Shown here piece after piece: positions 17,604-26,388 of a DNA stretch of 64,000 nt. A program made the position numbers and the translations under genes. Each line of letters starts with the position of its first letter. The first letter of the stretch is position 1. Source of the stretch: Myxococcales bacterium (GTDB lineage: Bacteria > Myxococcota_A > Polyangia > Polyangiales > DASUME01); the NCBI GenBank assembly GCA_047601445.1, contig JASGJH010000001.1, positions 192,001 to 256,000 on the forward strand. Direction: 5' to 3'. The notes beneath the pieces were generated by a model. That model was not told the origin of the DNA. It made no database searches and saw only the letters and a program-made list of their open reading frames with translations.

Positions 17604-18250
17604 TGATGCGACGCGCGGCGGTGATCTTGGGGGTGCTGGGGGTGCTCGCGTCGCTGACGTTCGGCGTGGTCCGAGCCCAGAACACGCAGCGCGCCATGCT
17701 CGACGACCTGCTCGCGCGCTTCGCCAAGGTGCAGTCGCTCAAGGCCCAGTTCAAGGAAGAGAAGTACATGGCGCTCCTGGCCGTGCCCTTGCGCAGTCAG
17801 GGCACGCTCTACTACGCCAAGCCGCGCCTGCTCGCGCGCCATACGCACAGCCCGCAGAAGTCGAGCCTGGTGTTGCGCGGGGACAAGCTCTCCTTCGGCG
17901 ATGCCAAGCACCAGGAGAGCATGGAGCTCGCCTCGCAGCCGGCCGTGCGCGTGTTGGTGGATACCTTCGTGAGCGTGCTCTCGGGCGACGGCGCCGCGCT
18001 CGCCAAGCTGGCGACGCTCGAGGTGGAGGAGTTGGCGGAGGGCGCCTTCCAGATCAAGGTGACACCCAAGGACCCGGGCGTACTCAAGATCGTGCGCAGC
18101 ATGAGCTTCACGGGCAAGGGAGCCGAGCTGTCCAAGATGGAGCTGCTCGACGCCAACGGGGACCGCACCGTGACCACCTTCAGCGAGCTGCAGCTGGGGC
18201 AGAAGCTGAGCGACGCCGAAGTGGCGCGCGTCTTCCGCATCGGAGGCTGA
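17603..18250 (+). CDS. LolA-like outer-membrane lipoprotein carrier (ApeL-like)
   Basis: Signal peptide, then LKAQFKEEKYMALLAVPLRSQG and ANGDRTVTTF; position in the APE operon. Confidence 0.8.
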   Translation: MMRRAAVILGVLGVLASLTFGVVRAQNTQRAMLDDLLARFAKVQSLKAQFKEEKYMALLAVPLRSQGTLYYAKPRLLARHTHSPQKSSLVLRGDKLSFGDAKHQESMELASQPAVRVLVDTFVSVLSGDGAALAKLATLEVEELAEGAFQIKVTPKDPGVLKIVRSMSFTGKGAELSKMELLDANGDRTVTTFSELQLGQKLSDAEVARVFRIGG

Positions 18251-18251
18251 G

Positions 18252-20576
18252 GTGCGCTACGCCGCCTTCCTCGTCGCGGCGCTGGCCTGCCTGGCAATCG
18301 CCGTGTTCGGGCTCGAGGTCCGCACATCGATCACCGAATTCTTGCCGCGCGACAACCGCTCGAAGCTACTCGAGCTGGCGCGGGAGCTCTCCAATGCGCC
18401 GCAATCGCGGCTGGTGGTGATCACCGTGGGGGGCGCTTCCAGCGAGGGCTCCACACGCACGCAGAGGGCCGCGCAGCTCCGTGAGAAGCTCGAGCGTAGT
18501 GGGCTGTTCGAGTGGGTACGCGGCAGTGTGGCCAGCTCCGATCAAGAGGAAGCCTATGCGCTGTTCTATCCGGCCCGCCTCGGCCTCGCGCAGCTCCCGG
18601 GCACCACGGGACCGGTTCCGAGCAGCTGGCTAAGCGAGCGTATCCGGGCGCTCAAGGACCGCTTGGCTTCGCCGCTCGGCATGCTCGAGCGGCGCCTGGC
18701 GCCGGGGGACCCGTTGGGGCTCTTCGTGGAGTACCTGCAGCGTCAGCAGGGCGCACGCGGCAGCCTACGGGTGGAGGACGGACAACTGGTCACGGCGGAC
18801 GGGCACTGGTCGGTGTTGTTCGCAGCGACCCGCGCGCCGGCCTTCGACAGCGCGGCCCAGCGCGGCGTGGCCACGCTGCTCACGCACGAGCTGGCGACGC
18901 TCGAGCGCGCCGGCATCCAGGGCGAGTGGATCGGCGTGAACCGCTTTGCCCTCGAGGGCGAACGCTCGGTGAAGGGGGACATCGAGCGCATCTCCAGCCT
19001 GTCGCTGATCGGGATCTTCCTGCTGTACTGGTTGATCTTCCGCTCGCTGCGCGAACCGCTCCTCGTGCTTCTGCCCATCAGCTTCGGTTGCTTGCTCGCG
19101 GTGGCCGTGTGCCAGCTGTGCTTCGGCTTCGTGCACGGACTCACGCTGGCCTTCGGCTCCTCCATCATCGGCGTGGCCGAGGACTATTCGACGCACTTCT
19201 TCAGTCATCGCATCGCCGTGGGCAGCACGGAAGACAACGAGTCGCTGATGCGGCGGCTATGGCCGGGCATGTGGATGGGCGGGCTCACCACCATGGCGGG
19301 CATCGCCGCGCTCGGCGTCTCGGGCTTCCCGGGCTTGATTCAGATGGCGCTGTTCGGCGTGGTCGGCGTGCTCGGGGCGCTCCTGTGCACGCGCTACGTG
19401 CTGCCCGGGCTCTCGCGTAGGCGCGGGCGCGAGCAGCAGGGCAAGCTCGGCGCACTGGGCGAGCGGTTGGTGAAGGCGCTCTCGATTCGCCCGCTGAGCG
19501 CGTTGTGGTTCGTCGTGCCCGCGGTGTTGGTCACCGTGGTCGGCGTGCCGCGCGCGAGCTTTCGGGATGGACTCTCGAGCCTGCGCACGCCCACCGAAGC
19601 GTTGGACGCCGAGAACAAGCGCATCCAGGCGCGCCTCGGTCGCGGTGCGGGCGGGCGCATGGTGGTGGCGCTCGGCGGGACGGACCAGGAGGCCCTGGAG
19701 CGCGCCGAAGAGGCCCAGCGGCTGCTCGAGCGGGCCGGCGAGAAGGGGTTGATCGCGAGCTTTCGCGGACCGAGCGGGCTGATGCCTTCGGAGACGACGC
19801 AGCGTCTCGCACGCAGCCGCTTCGCGAACGACCCGGAGTTCACCGCGCGCCTCGACGCAGTGCTCACTGGAGAGGGCTTCGTGGCCGCCGCCTTCCAGCC
19901 CTTCTTGGACGAAGTGAGCCGCCGCGATCCCGTCTTCCTCACGCCCGAGCAGGTGCTGTCCTCCAAGCTCTCGGACCTGCTCTTGCCCTTCCGCGCCAAG
20001 CTGCCGAGTGGCATCGCGTACCTGACCCAGGTCGACACCGTGCGTTCCGCCGAACTCAGCGGTCTGTTCGCAGACGAGCCCGGGCTCTTCTACGTGGATC
20101 AGGAGGCGCTCTTCAGCCAGGCCTATGGCGAGTTCCGCGCGCGTACGCTGTGGCTCGTCGTGTCTGGGCTCGGGCTCGTGCTCTTGACGCTGTGGCTGCG
20201 CTATCGCGATCTCAAGCTGTGCTTGCTCGGAATGGTGCCTGCGGTGCTCGGTGCGGGGGCGGCGCTCGGCGCGCAGGGGTTGTGGGGGACGCCGCTGAAT
20301 CTGATGCACGTGATCGGGATGCTGCTGGTGTTGAGCATGGGCGTGGACTACGGCATCTATATGTTGGAGAGCCGGGAGAGCGTGGAGGAGGGTGTGGTGA
20401 CCCTGGGCAGCGTGCTGCTGGCGGCGCTCACCACGGTGCTCTCTTTCGGGCTGCTCGGTCTCAGCGAGAACCCGGCCCTGGCCGGCATCGGCATGACGGT
20501 GTCGCTCGGACTCGTGTTCACCGTGGTGATGAGCCCCGTGGTGTTGGTGTGGACGCAAGCCAAGAGGACCGCATGA
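18252..20576 (+). CDS. MMPL/RND-family exporter (ApeM-like)
   Basis: Two hydrophobic repeats with IIGVAEDYSTH and LSMGVDYGIY motifs; 774 aa. Confidence 0.88.
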   Translation: MRYAAFLVAALACLAIAVFGLEVRTSITEFLPRDNRSKLLELARELSNAPQSRLVVITVGGASSEGSTRTQRAAQLREKLERSGLFEWVRGSVASSDQEEAYALFYPARLGLAQLPGTTGPVPSSWLSERIRALKDRLASPLGMLERRLAPGDPLGLFVEYLQRQQGARGSLRVEDGQLVTADGHWSVLFAATRAPAFDSAAQRGVATLLTHELATLERAGIQGEWIGVNRFALEGERSVKGDIERISSLSLIGIFLLYWLIFRSLREPLLVLLPISFGCLLAVAVCQLCFGFVHGLTLAFGSSIIGVAEDYSTHFFSHRIAVGSTEDNESLMRRLWPGMWMGGLTTMAGIAALGVSGFPGLIQMALFGVVGVLGALLCTRYVLPGLSRRRGREQQGKLGALGERLVKALSIRPLSALWFVVPAVLVTVVGVPRASFRDGLSSLRTPTEALDAENKRIQARLGRGAGGRMVVALGGTDQEALERAEEAQRLLERAGEKGLIASFRGPSGLMPSETTQRLARSRFANDPEFTARLDAVLTGEGFVAAAFQPFLDEVSRRDPVFLTPEQVLSSKLSDLLLPFRAKLPSGIAYLTQVDTVRSAELSGLFADEPGLFYVDQEALFSQAYGEFRARTLWLVVSGLGLVLLTLWLRYRDLKLCLLGMVPAVLGAGAALGAQGLWGTPLNLMHVIGMLLVLSMGVDYGIYMLESRESVEEGVVTLGSVLLAALTTVLSFGLLGLSENPALAGIGMTVSLGLVFTVVMSPVVLVWTQAKRTA

Positions 20577-21196
20577 ACTTGCGACGAGGAGTGTTTGGGC
20601 TGTGGTTGTGCGGAGCGCTCGCGTGTGGCGGGGCGCGGCAGCCGAGTCCCAGCATGCCGGCGCGCGAGTACCCGGGATATCTCGCGCCGAGCGGGACGTT
20701 GGGGCGCCCCTTCGTGGTACAGCAGAGCTTGCGCGGGACCTACGGGGAGCACGACCTCTCGCTCGACGTGGTGGTGCAGCTGGCGAACGGCAAGCTCACA
20801 TTGGTGGGGCTCACGCCTTTCGGCTCACGGGCCTTCGTGCTCGAGCAAGTGGGAGAGCAGACTCACTTCGAGAAGTTCGTCGACCGCGAGATCCCGTTCG
20901 ATCCCAAGTACGTGCTCAACGACGTGCACCGCGTGTTCTTCCGCGGCCTTCCGAGCCCACAGCCCGACGGCGTGCACAGCGAGGAGCAGCACGGTGAGAA
21001 GGTCACGGAGACCTGGCGCGGAGGCTTGCTGGTGGAACGCCGCTTCGAGCGCCTGGACGGCGAGCCCAAGGGGGCGGTGATCGCGCGCTTCTCGGGGGCT
21101 GCGGCGCCGGTGATCGCGCCCGAGGTGAAGCTCGAGAACCAGTGGTTCGGCTACAGCATCGACATCGAGAGCAGCGACCAGAGCTTTTTGGAGTAG
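20573..21196 (+). CDS. DUF3261-like lipoprotein (ApeN-like)
   Basis: Lipobox ALAC; LTLVGLTPFGSRAF segment; ATGA overlap with the MMPL gene. Confidence 0.7.
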   Translation: MNLRRGVFGLWLCGALACGGARQPSPSMPAREYPGYLAPSGTLGRPFVVQQSLRGTYGEHDLSLDVVVQLANGKLTLVGLTPFGSRAFVLEQVGEQTHFEKFVDREIPFDPKYVLNDVHRVFFRGLPSPQPDGVHSEEQHGEKVTETWRGGLLVERRFERLDGEPKGAVIARFSGAAAPVIAPEVKLENQWFGYSIDIESSDQSFLE

Positions 21197-21209
21197 GTCG
21201 GCGGACGCT

Positions 21210-22022
21210 TCAATCGCGCTTGCTGAGCACCCAGAGCGCATCGTCGAGTACGTAGTAGGGAGCCTTGGAGTCGCCGCGGCTGAGGTAGGGCACACGGGCG
21301 ATGCGCTCGATGTCGAAGCCCTGTTCCTCGAGGAAGGCGCTCATCTCCACGAGCGAGAGCTTGAAGCTATCCTCGCTGATGGGCAGGCGTTCCTGGGGCG
21401 ACACGGTGGCACCTGCGACGTGCACATGGGGACGCACGGGGAGGGGCAGGGCGAGCACCAGACGAGCGCCCGGTGCGAGCATGGCGCGCAACGCTGCGAG
21501 CAGCGAGATGGGGCGTCGCGTGCGATCGAGCACGTTGAGGCAGCTGATCACGTCGAAGGGACCATGCTCGGGTAGCGGGACCTCGAGCAGGTCGTGCGCG
21601 TGCACCCGGAAGCCGCGTTCGCCCAGGCGCTTGGCCAGGGGACGCGAGGTCTCCGTGCAGGTGATGTGCTGGAACCAAGGCTTGGCGTGTTCGGTGACGT
21701 AGCCGGCGCCCGCGCCCACATCGAGCAGGGCCCTGCGTGCACCACCGGTGAGCGAGCCCCACTGGGCCTCGGACAACAGGTGCATCGCGTAGGTGGCCGT
21801 GAGCCCGTGGGCATCGTAGGCGCTCATGAAGCGCGTCAGCTGCGAGACGAGCCAGGTCTCCACCATGCTGTGGGGACGCGCCGCGACCTCGGCGAGCCAG
21901 GCCTGGGTGCCGGCGTCTGCCGCCAACGGCACGAACTTCTCGGCGTACTTACCGAGTGCCCGCCGCTCGACCTCGTAGTGGAGTTCAGGACCTTCGCCGG
22001 CCGTCCAAGACTGAGCGCTCAT
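21210..22022 (-). CDS. Class I SAM methyltransferase resembling METTL9/DREV
   Basis: LLDVGAGAG, FDVISCLNVLDR, LVLALPLP and RVPYLSRGD...YYVLDDALWVL; ATG at 22022 overlaps the halogenase stop (ATGA); 270 aa. Confidence 0.8.
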   Translation of the reverse strand: MSAQSWTAGEGPELHYEVERRALGKYAEKFVPLAADAGTQAWLAEVAARPHSMVETWLVSQLTRFMSAYDAHGLTATYAMHLLSEAQWGSLTGGARRALLDVGAGAGYVTEHAKPWFQHITCTETSRPLAKRLGERGFRVHAHDLLEVPLPEHGPFDVISCLNVLDRTRRPISLLAALRAMLAPGARLVLALPLPVRPHVHVAGATVSPQERLPISEDSFKLSLVEMSAFLEEQGFDIERIARVPYLSRGDSKAPYYVLDDALWVLSKRD

Positions 22023-23221
22023 TCCGCTGCGTACGGCTCGAAGCGGCGGCGCTTGCTGGCGAGCAACATCTTCTGGAATGGGTTGTCGTCGCGCCAGCAG
22101 TCGCCTGCCAGCGTGCTGATGAGGCCCTTGCGCAGCATGGGCTCGGGCTCTCGCGCGAAGAAGATGTGCTGCACGATGTTGGTCTGGTAGAAGGCGCCCA
22201 CCAGGCTGCCGAAGGCCGTGTAGGCCACCGCCATGTGCTCCGACACCGGTCGCGTGAGCTCCGGGTCGTTCTCGCGGCCCTCGCGCAGGGCGGGCCCCAG
22301 GATGTCCGCGAACTTCTCGCCGCCCAGCATGGCGAGCGATACGCCCGACGAGAACACCGGGTCCAGGAACAGCGCCGCGTCGCCCAGGCAAGCCCAGCGC
22401 GGTCCACGCGTCTTCACGTTGCGGTAGCTGAAGTTGCGGATGATGCGCAGCTCGGTCTTGTGGCAACCGGCGGTGAGGCGCTGCAGCATGGGCGAGGCTG
22501 CGTAGGTGTCCTCGAACAACTGGTTGCTGATGCCTTGCTTGCGGGAGACCACGCCCACGCTCACGCGCTTGCCGGCCAGCGGGATCACCCAGACCCAGCC
22601 CTGGTCCACGATCAGCACGCGGATGTTGCCCACGTGCTCGTTCGCGAGCTCGTTCCAGACCTCGTCGGAGAGGCCGTCGAAGTGACGGAACACGGCGGCC
22701 AGGCCGAAGTCCTCGATGCGGCGCATCGACTTCTCGCGGTGCGCGAGCAGCGCATCCTGACCCGTGGCATCGATCACGAAGCGTGCCTTGAGCTCCCCCT
22801 GGCTGGTCTCCAGCGTGACGCTGTCTTCGCCCGGGATCATCTGGCTCGCACGCACGCCGGTGCGCACCTCGCATCCCGCGTTGATGGCGCTGTCGAGTAC
22901 GGCTTTGTCGAACTTGGCGCGCTCCACCTGGTACGCGTAGCCGGGTGTGCCGTCGAGGCCATCCTTGAAGAGGTACTGAGCGTAGTCGCCCGTGCGCTCG
23001 TCGTAGAACTCGGCGCCACCCTTGTACAGGAAACCCAGGGCCTTCATGTCCATGCCGAGGCGCTCGAACAGCGGCAGGTCGCAGGGCAACAGCGATTCGC
23101 CGATGTGGAAGCGCGGGAACTCGTCCTTGTCGATCAGCAAGACGTCCACGCCCTGACGGGCCAACAGCGCTCCCGCGGTGGCCCCACCGGGGCCGGCACC
23201 GATGATGATGACGTCTTTCAT
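22019..23221 (-). CDS. FAD-dependent halogenase-like oxidoreductase
   Basis: GAGPGG, FPRFHIGESLLP, GWVWVIP (WxWxIP) and GDAALFLDPVFSSG. Confidence 0.85.
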   Translation of the reverse strand: MKDVIIIGAGPGGATAGALLARQGVDVLLIDKDEFPRFHIGESLLPCDLPLFERLGMDMKALGFLYKGGAEFYDERTGDYAQYLFKDGLDGTPGYAYQVERAKFDKAVLDSAINAGCEVRTGVRASQMIPGEDSVTLETSQGELKARFVIDATGQDALLAHREKSMRRIEDFGLAAVFRHFDGLSDEVWNELANEHVGNIRVLIVDQGWVWVIPLAGKRVSVGVVSRKQGISNQLFEDTYAASPMLQRLTAGCHKTELRIIRNFSYRNVKTRGPRWACLGDAALFLDPVFSSGVSLAMLGGEKFADILGPALREGRENDPELTRPVSEHMAVAYTAFGSLVGAFYQTNIVQHIFFAREPEPMLRKGLISTLAGDCWRDDNPFQKMLLASKRRRFEPYAAE

Positions 23222-24441
23222 ACCGCTCCAAAGATCAGCGAGGTGTTCATGCCACCGAACGCGAAGTTGTTGCTCATGGTGATGCGCGGCTTGGCGTCGC
23301 GCGGTTCCTTGCCCACGTAGTTGAGGGGCGCGCAGCGCGAGTCGACCTCGTCGAGCGTGCGGTTGGGCGCCACCCAGTTCTCGCGCATCATGGCGACGCA
23401 GAAGGCCGCCTCGATGGAGCCGCAGGCGCCCAACGTGTGGCCGGTGAAGCTCTTGGTGGAGCTGATGGGCACCGTCGTGCCGAGCGTGCGCGCGGTAGCC
23501 AGGCTCTCCGCGATGTCGCCGACCTCGGTGGCCGTCGCGTGCGCGTTCACGTAGTCGATGCGATCGGGGGAGAGCTGTGCGTCGGCCAGCGCGAGCTGCA
23601 TCGCGCCCGCCATGCCGTGGGCTGACGGGTTGGTGACGTGGGTGCCGTCGCAGTTGGTGCCGTAGCCGAGGATCTCGGCGTGGATGAAGGCGCCGCGGGC
23701 CTTGGCGCGCTCGTAGCTCTCGAGCACGAAGGTGCCCGCGCCCTCGCCGATCACCAGGCCGTCACGGTCCTTGTCGAAGGGACGCGGCGTAAGGTCGGGC
23801 GTGTCGTTGCGCCGCGTGGTGGCGTACATGATGTCGAAGATGGCCGTGTGGCTGTAGTGCAACTCTTCGGCGCCGCCCACGATCATCACGTCCTGCACGC
23901 CCGCGCGGATGGTCTCGTAACCCGCGCCCACCGCCTGGCTGGCGCTCACGCAGGCCGAGCACGTGGAGATCACGCGGCCGGTGATGCCGTAGTAGATGGC
24001 CAGGTTGGCCGCCGTGGTGTGGCTCATGAACTTGATGTATTCGGTGGACTGGATGCCCTGGATGCCCCGGTGCACGAAGAGCTTCCGACTCCACTCCTCG
24101 TTGGCTGCCGATGAGCCGTTGGTGCTGCCGTAGGCCACGCCTGTGCGACCGTTGGCCAGCACTTCCTCCGAGATGCCCGCGTCCGCGATGGCCTGCTCCG
24201 TGGCGTACAAACTCAGGAGCGAGACCCGACCCATGGTGCGCGTTTTCTTGCGCGGGTAGTTCAACGCGAGGTTGGTGATGGGGGCCGAGAGCCGCGTCTG
24301 CATGTGCGCGATCTCGGCGAGCTCGGGCGTGATGGCGATGCCATGCCGGTTCTCGCGCAGCGAGCTCGAGACCTCGCGCATGCTGTTTCCGATCGGGGTT
24401 GCGAGCCCGATGCCCGTGATGACCACACGCGTACGACTCAT
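23218..24441 (-). CDS. Beta-ketoacyl-ACP synthase (ApeR/FabF-like)
   Basis: SACVSA catalytic Cys; NAHATAT and TGHTLGA histidines; NNFAFGG. Confidence 0.93.
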   Translation of the reverse strand: MSRTRVVITGIGLATPIGNSMREVSSSLRENRHGIAITPELAEIAHMQTRLSAPITNLALNYPRKKTRTMGRVSLLSLYATEQAIADAGISEEVLANGRTGVAYGSTNGSSAANEEWSRKLFVHRGIQGIQSTEYIKFMSHTTAANLAIYYGITGRVISTCSACVSASQAVGAGYETIRAGVQDVMIVGGAEELHYSHTAIFDIMYATTRRNDTPDLTPRPFDKDRDGLVIGEGAGTFVLESYERAKARGAFIHAEILGYGTNCDGTHVTNPSAHGMAGAMQLALADAQLSPDRIDYVNAHATATEVGDIAESLATARTLGTTVPISSTKSFTGHTLGACGSIEAAFCVAMMRENWVAPNRTLDEVDSRCAPLNYVGKEPRDAKPRITMSNNFAFGGMNTSLIFGAV

Positions 24442-25157
24442 GCGAGGCCTCCGTTGATTCCGATGACCTGGCCGGTGATGTACGCAGCTCGAGGGCCCGC
24501 TAAAAACGCGACCAGGTCGGCGACTTCTTCCGCCTGGCCCAGGCGGCCCGCCGGAATGTGTTTCAGGATTTCTTCGATCGGTGCACCAGCGATCATGTCA
24601 GTCTCGATGAGTCCAGGAGCCACCGCGTTCACGGTGATGCGGCGCTTGGCGAGCTCCTTGGACAAAGATTTGGTCGCCCCGATCAGGCCCGCCTTGGCCG
24701 CAGCATAGTTGGTTTGGCCGCGGTTGCCGGTGACTCCCGATACGCTTGCGATGTTGATGATGCGCCCGTATTTGCGGCGCACCATGGGCATCACCAGGGG
24801 CTTGGTGACGTTGTAAAAGCCGTCCAGGGTCGTGCGGGTCACGGTGTCCCAGTCTTCCCAGCTGAGCGAGGGCAGGGGGTTGTCGCGGGCGATGCCGGCA
24901 TTGTTCACCAGGACGTCGATGGGCGCGGGATCACTCAAAAGATTCTCGAGCGCGCTCTGGGTGGCCTCCCGGTCGCGCACGTCGAAGCGCGCGAGCACGG
25001 CCTTGCCGCCCTGGGCTTCGATCTCGGCCTGGACCGCCTGGGCCTGCTCGTCCTGGGAGCGATAGTTGAGGATCACCGTGTGCCCGGCCTTCGCCAGGGC
25101 CTTGGCGATCGCTGCGCCGATTCCCCGGCTTGCCCCCGTCACCAACGCGCGATTCAC
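24438..25157 (-). CDS. fabG: 3-oxoacyl-ACP reductase (ApeQ/FabG-like)
   Basis: TGASRGIG, NNAG, YAAAK; GTG start at 25157 overlaps the upstream stop. Confidence 0.9.
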   Translation of the reverse strand: MNRALVTGASRGIGAAIAKALAKAGHTVILNYRSQDEQAQAVQAEIEAQGGKAVLARFDVRDREATQSALENLLSDPAPIDVLVNNAGIARDNPLPSLSWEDWDTVTRTTLDGFYNVTKPLVMPMVRRKYGRIINIASVSGVTGNRGQTNYAAAKAGLIGATKSLSKELAKRRITVNAVAPGLIETDMIAGAPIEEILKHIPAGRLGQAEEVADLVAFLAGPRAAYITGQVIGINGGLA

Positions 25158-25594
25158 GGAATAACTCCCCCTGGCAAGGCGCGTCGATACACGCTGAGCT
25201 GGGCCTTGGCCACCGACTGACCCTCCAGCGCCACCGAGCACTCGAAGGAAGCCAACTCGTCGTCTCCCCAGACGCGCTTCGCCTCCACCACCAGCTGGTC
25301 GCCGACCTTGAAGCTATCGACCTCGAAGGTGGCCTCCGGGATGGCGATGAGGTAGCCGGGGCGCACGTTCTGCTCTTTGCTGCGGTCGAAGATACCCACC
25401 AGGGCGCCCACCGTCTGGGCCATCCACTCGATGCTCACGACCGGCTCCACGGCGCCATCTTCCACGAAGACGTGTTCCTGGCGTATTTCGAGTGCACAGC
25501 GAATCTCGTCGCCCTCACGGAAAAGCACGCGGTCGAGCCACAGCATCGGAGCGTCGTGGGGCAAGAGCTCTTCGATCGGCAAATACGCGGTCAC
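25154..25594 (-). CDS. Hotdog-fold 3-hydroxyacyl-ACP dehydratase partner (ApeP-like)
   Basis: LLPHDAPMLWLD and IEWMAQTVG; GTG at 25594 overlaps the upstream stop. Confidence 0.85.
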   Translation of the reverse strand: MTAYLPIEELLPHDAPMLWLDRVLFREGDEIRCALEIRQEHVFVEDGAVEPVVSIEWMAQTVGALVGIFDRSKEQNVRPGYLIAIPEATFEVDSFKVGDQLVVEAKRVWGDDELASFECSVALEGQSVAKAQLSVYRRALPGGVIP

Positions 25595-26388
25595 CGCGCG
25601 ACCTCCGCCGTGGGTTCGCGCGTCGCGGGGCGCAGCGCGCGGAGCTCGACGCACCAGGGCTGAGGACCTTCGCCGAGCTGCACCGTCTCCGTTCCGGCGT
25701 TGGCCAGCGTCTGGGCGAGGAACATGGCCGGACCGAGAGGATGATTCGGACCGGCGAAGGGGTCGCGCAGGCTGCTTTGCTCGCGCGACGCGCGCTTCAG
25801 ACGCGACAGCGTGGCCCGCGGCGGGATGGTGCCCAGGGTCTGCGAAAGCACGAAGGCGACGCCGACCGGACCGTAGACATGTGCGTCGCTCAGCGAACGC
25901 GGAATCAGCTCGTCTGCGAACACCAACAAGACCCGCTTTTCTCCAGCCAAGAGTAATGCCTGAGCCTCCAGGAGGCCCATCGCAACCGTGTCCCAGCCAG
26001 CGGCAATGGCAGTAGAAGCGCGGACATTGTGGGCGCTGATGGAGAGCAGACCGGGCGCGGCGTTGTGCACGCTGTGCCGGAAACGGGCCGGCGATGAGCC
26101 GTTTTCGGAGACGGCCAGATCCATCAAGGCCTCGGCCGTACCCAGCTCACCAAAGGCCGAAGCGAATACGATGTGCAGATCCTCGGCCGACACCGCCGCG
26201 TCGTGCAGGGCGAGCTGAGCCGCGTGCATGAACAGGCGCGTGACGTCGGACAAACCCCGGCGCAGGCTGCGCTCGAGCAGGCTCAGGTCGAGCTTGGGCA
26301 GCTCAGCCGCGGGACCGTGCGGGAAGTCCGCCAGACTCTCGTAGGAACTCACGGCGCCGAAGCCCTCGATGTAGAGCGTGTCGTTCAT
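25591..26388 (-). CDS. Ketosynthase chain-length factor (ApeC-like)
   Basis: LRRGLS, FASAFGE and SPARFRHSVHNA; short KS-like protein with no recognisable catalytic Cys/His set. Confidence 0.85.
   Translation of the reverse strand: MNDTLYIEGFGAVSSYESLADFPHGPAAELPKLDLSLLERSLRRGLSDVTRLFMHAAQLALHDAAVSAEDLHIVFASAFGELGTAEALMDLAVSENGSSPARFRHSVHNAAPGLLSISAHNVRASTAIAAGWDTVAMGLLEAQALLLAGEKRVLLVFADELIPRSLSDAHVYGPVGVAFVLSQTLGTIPPRATLSRLKRASREQSSLRDPFAGPNHPLGPAMFLAQTLANAGTETVQLGEGPQPWCVELRALRPATREPTAEVAR

Noticed and set aside
21210..23231. 673-aa ORF as one protein
   Set aside because: Its first ~400 codons are an off-frame shadow of the halogenase; only 21210-22022 looks coding
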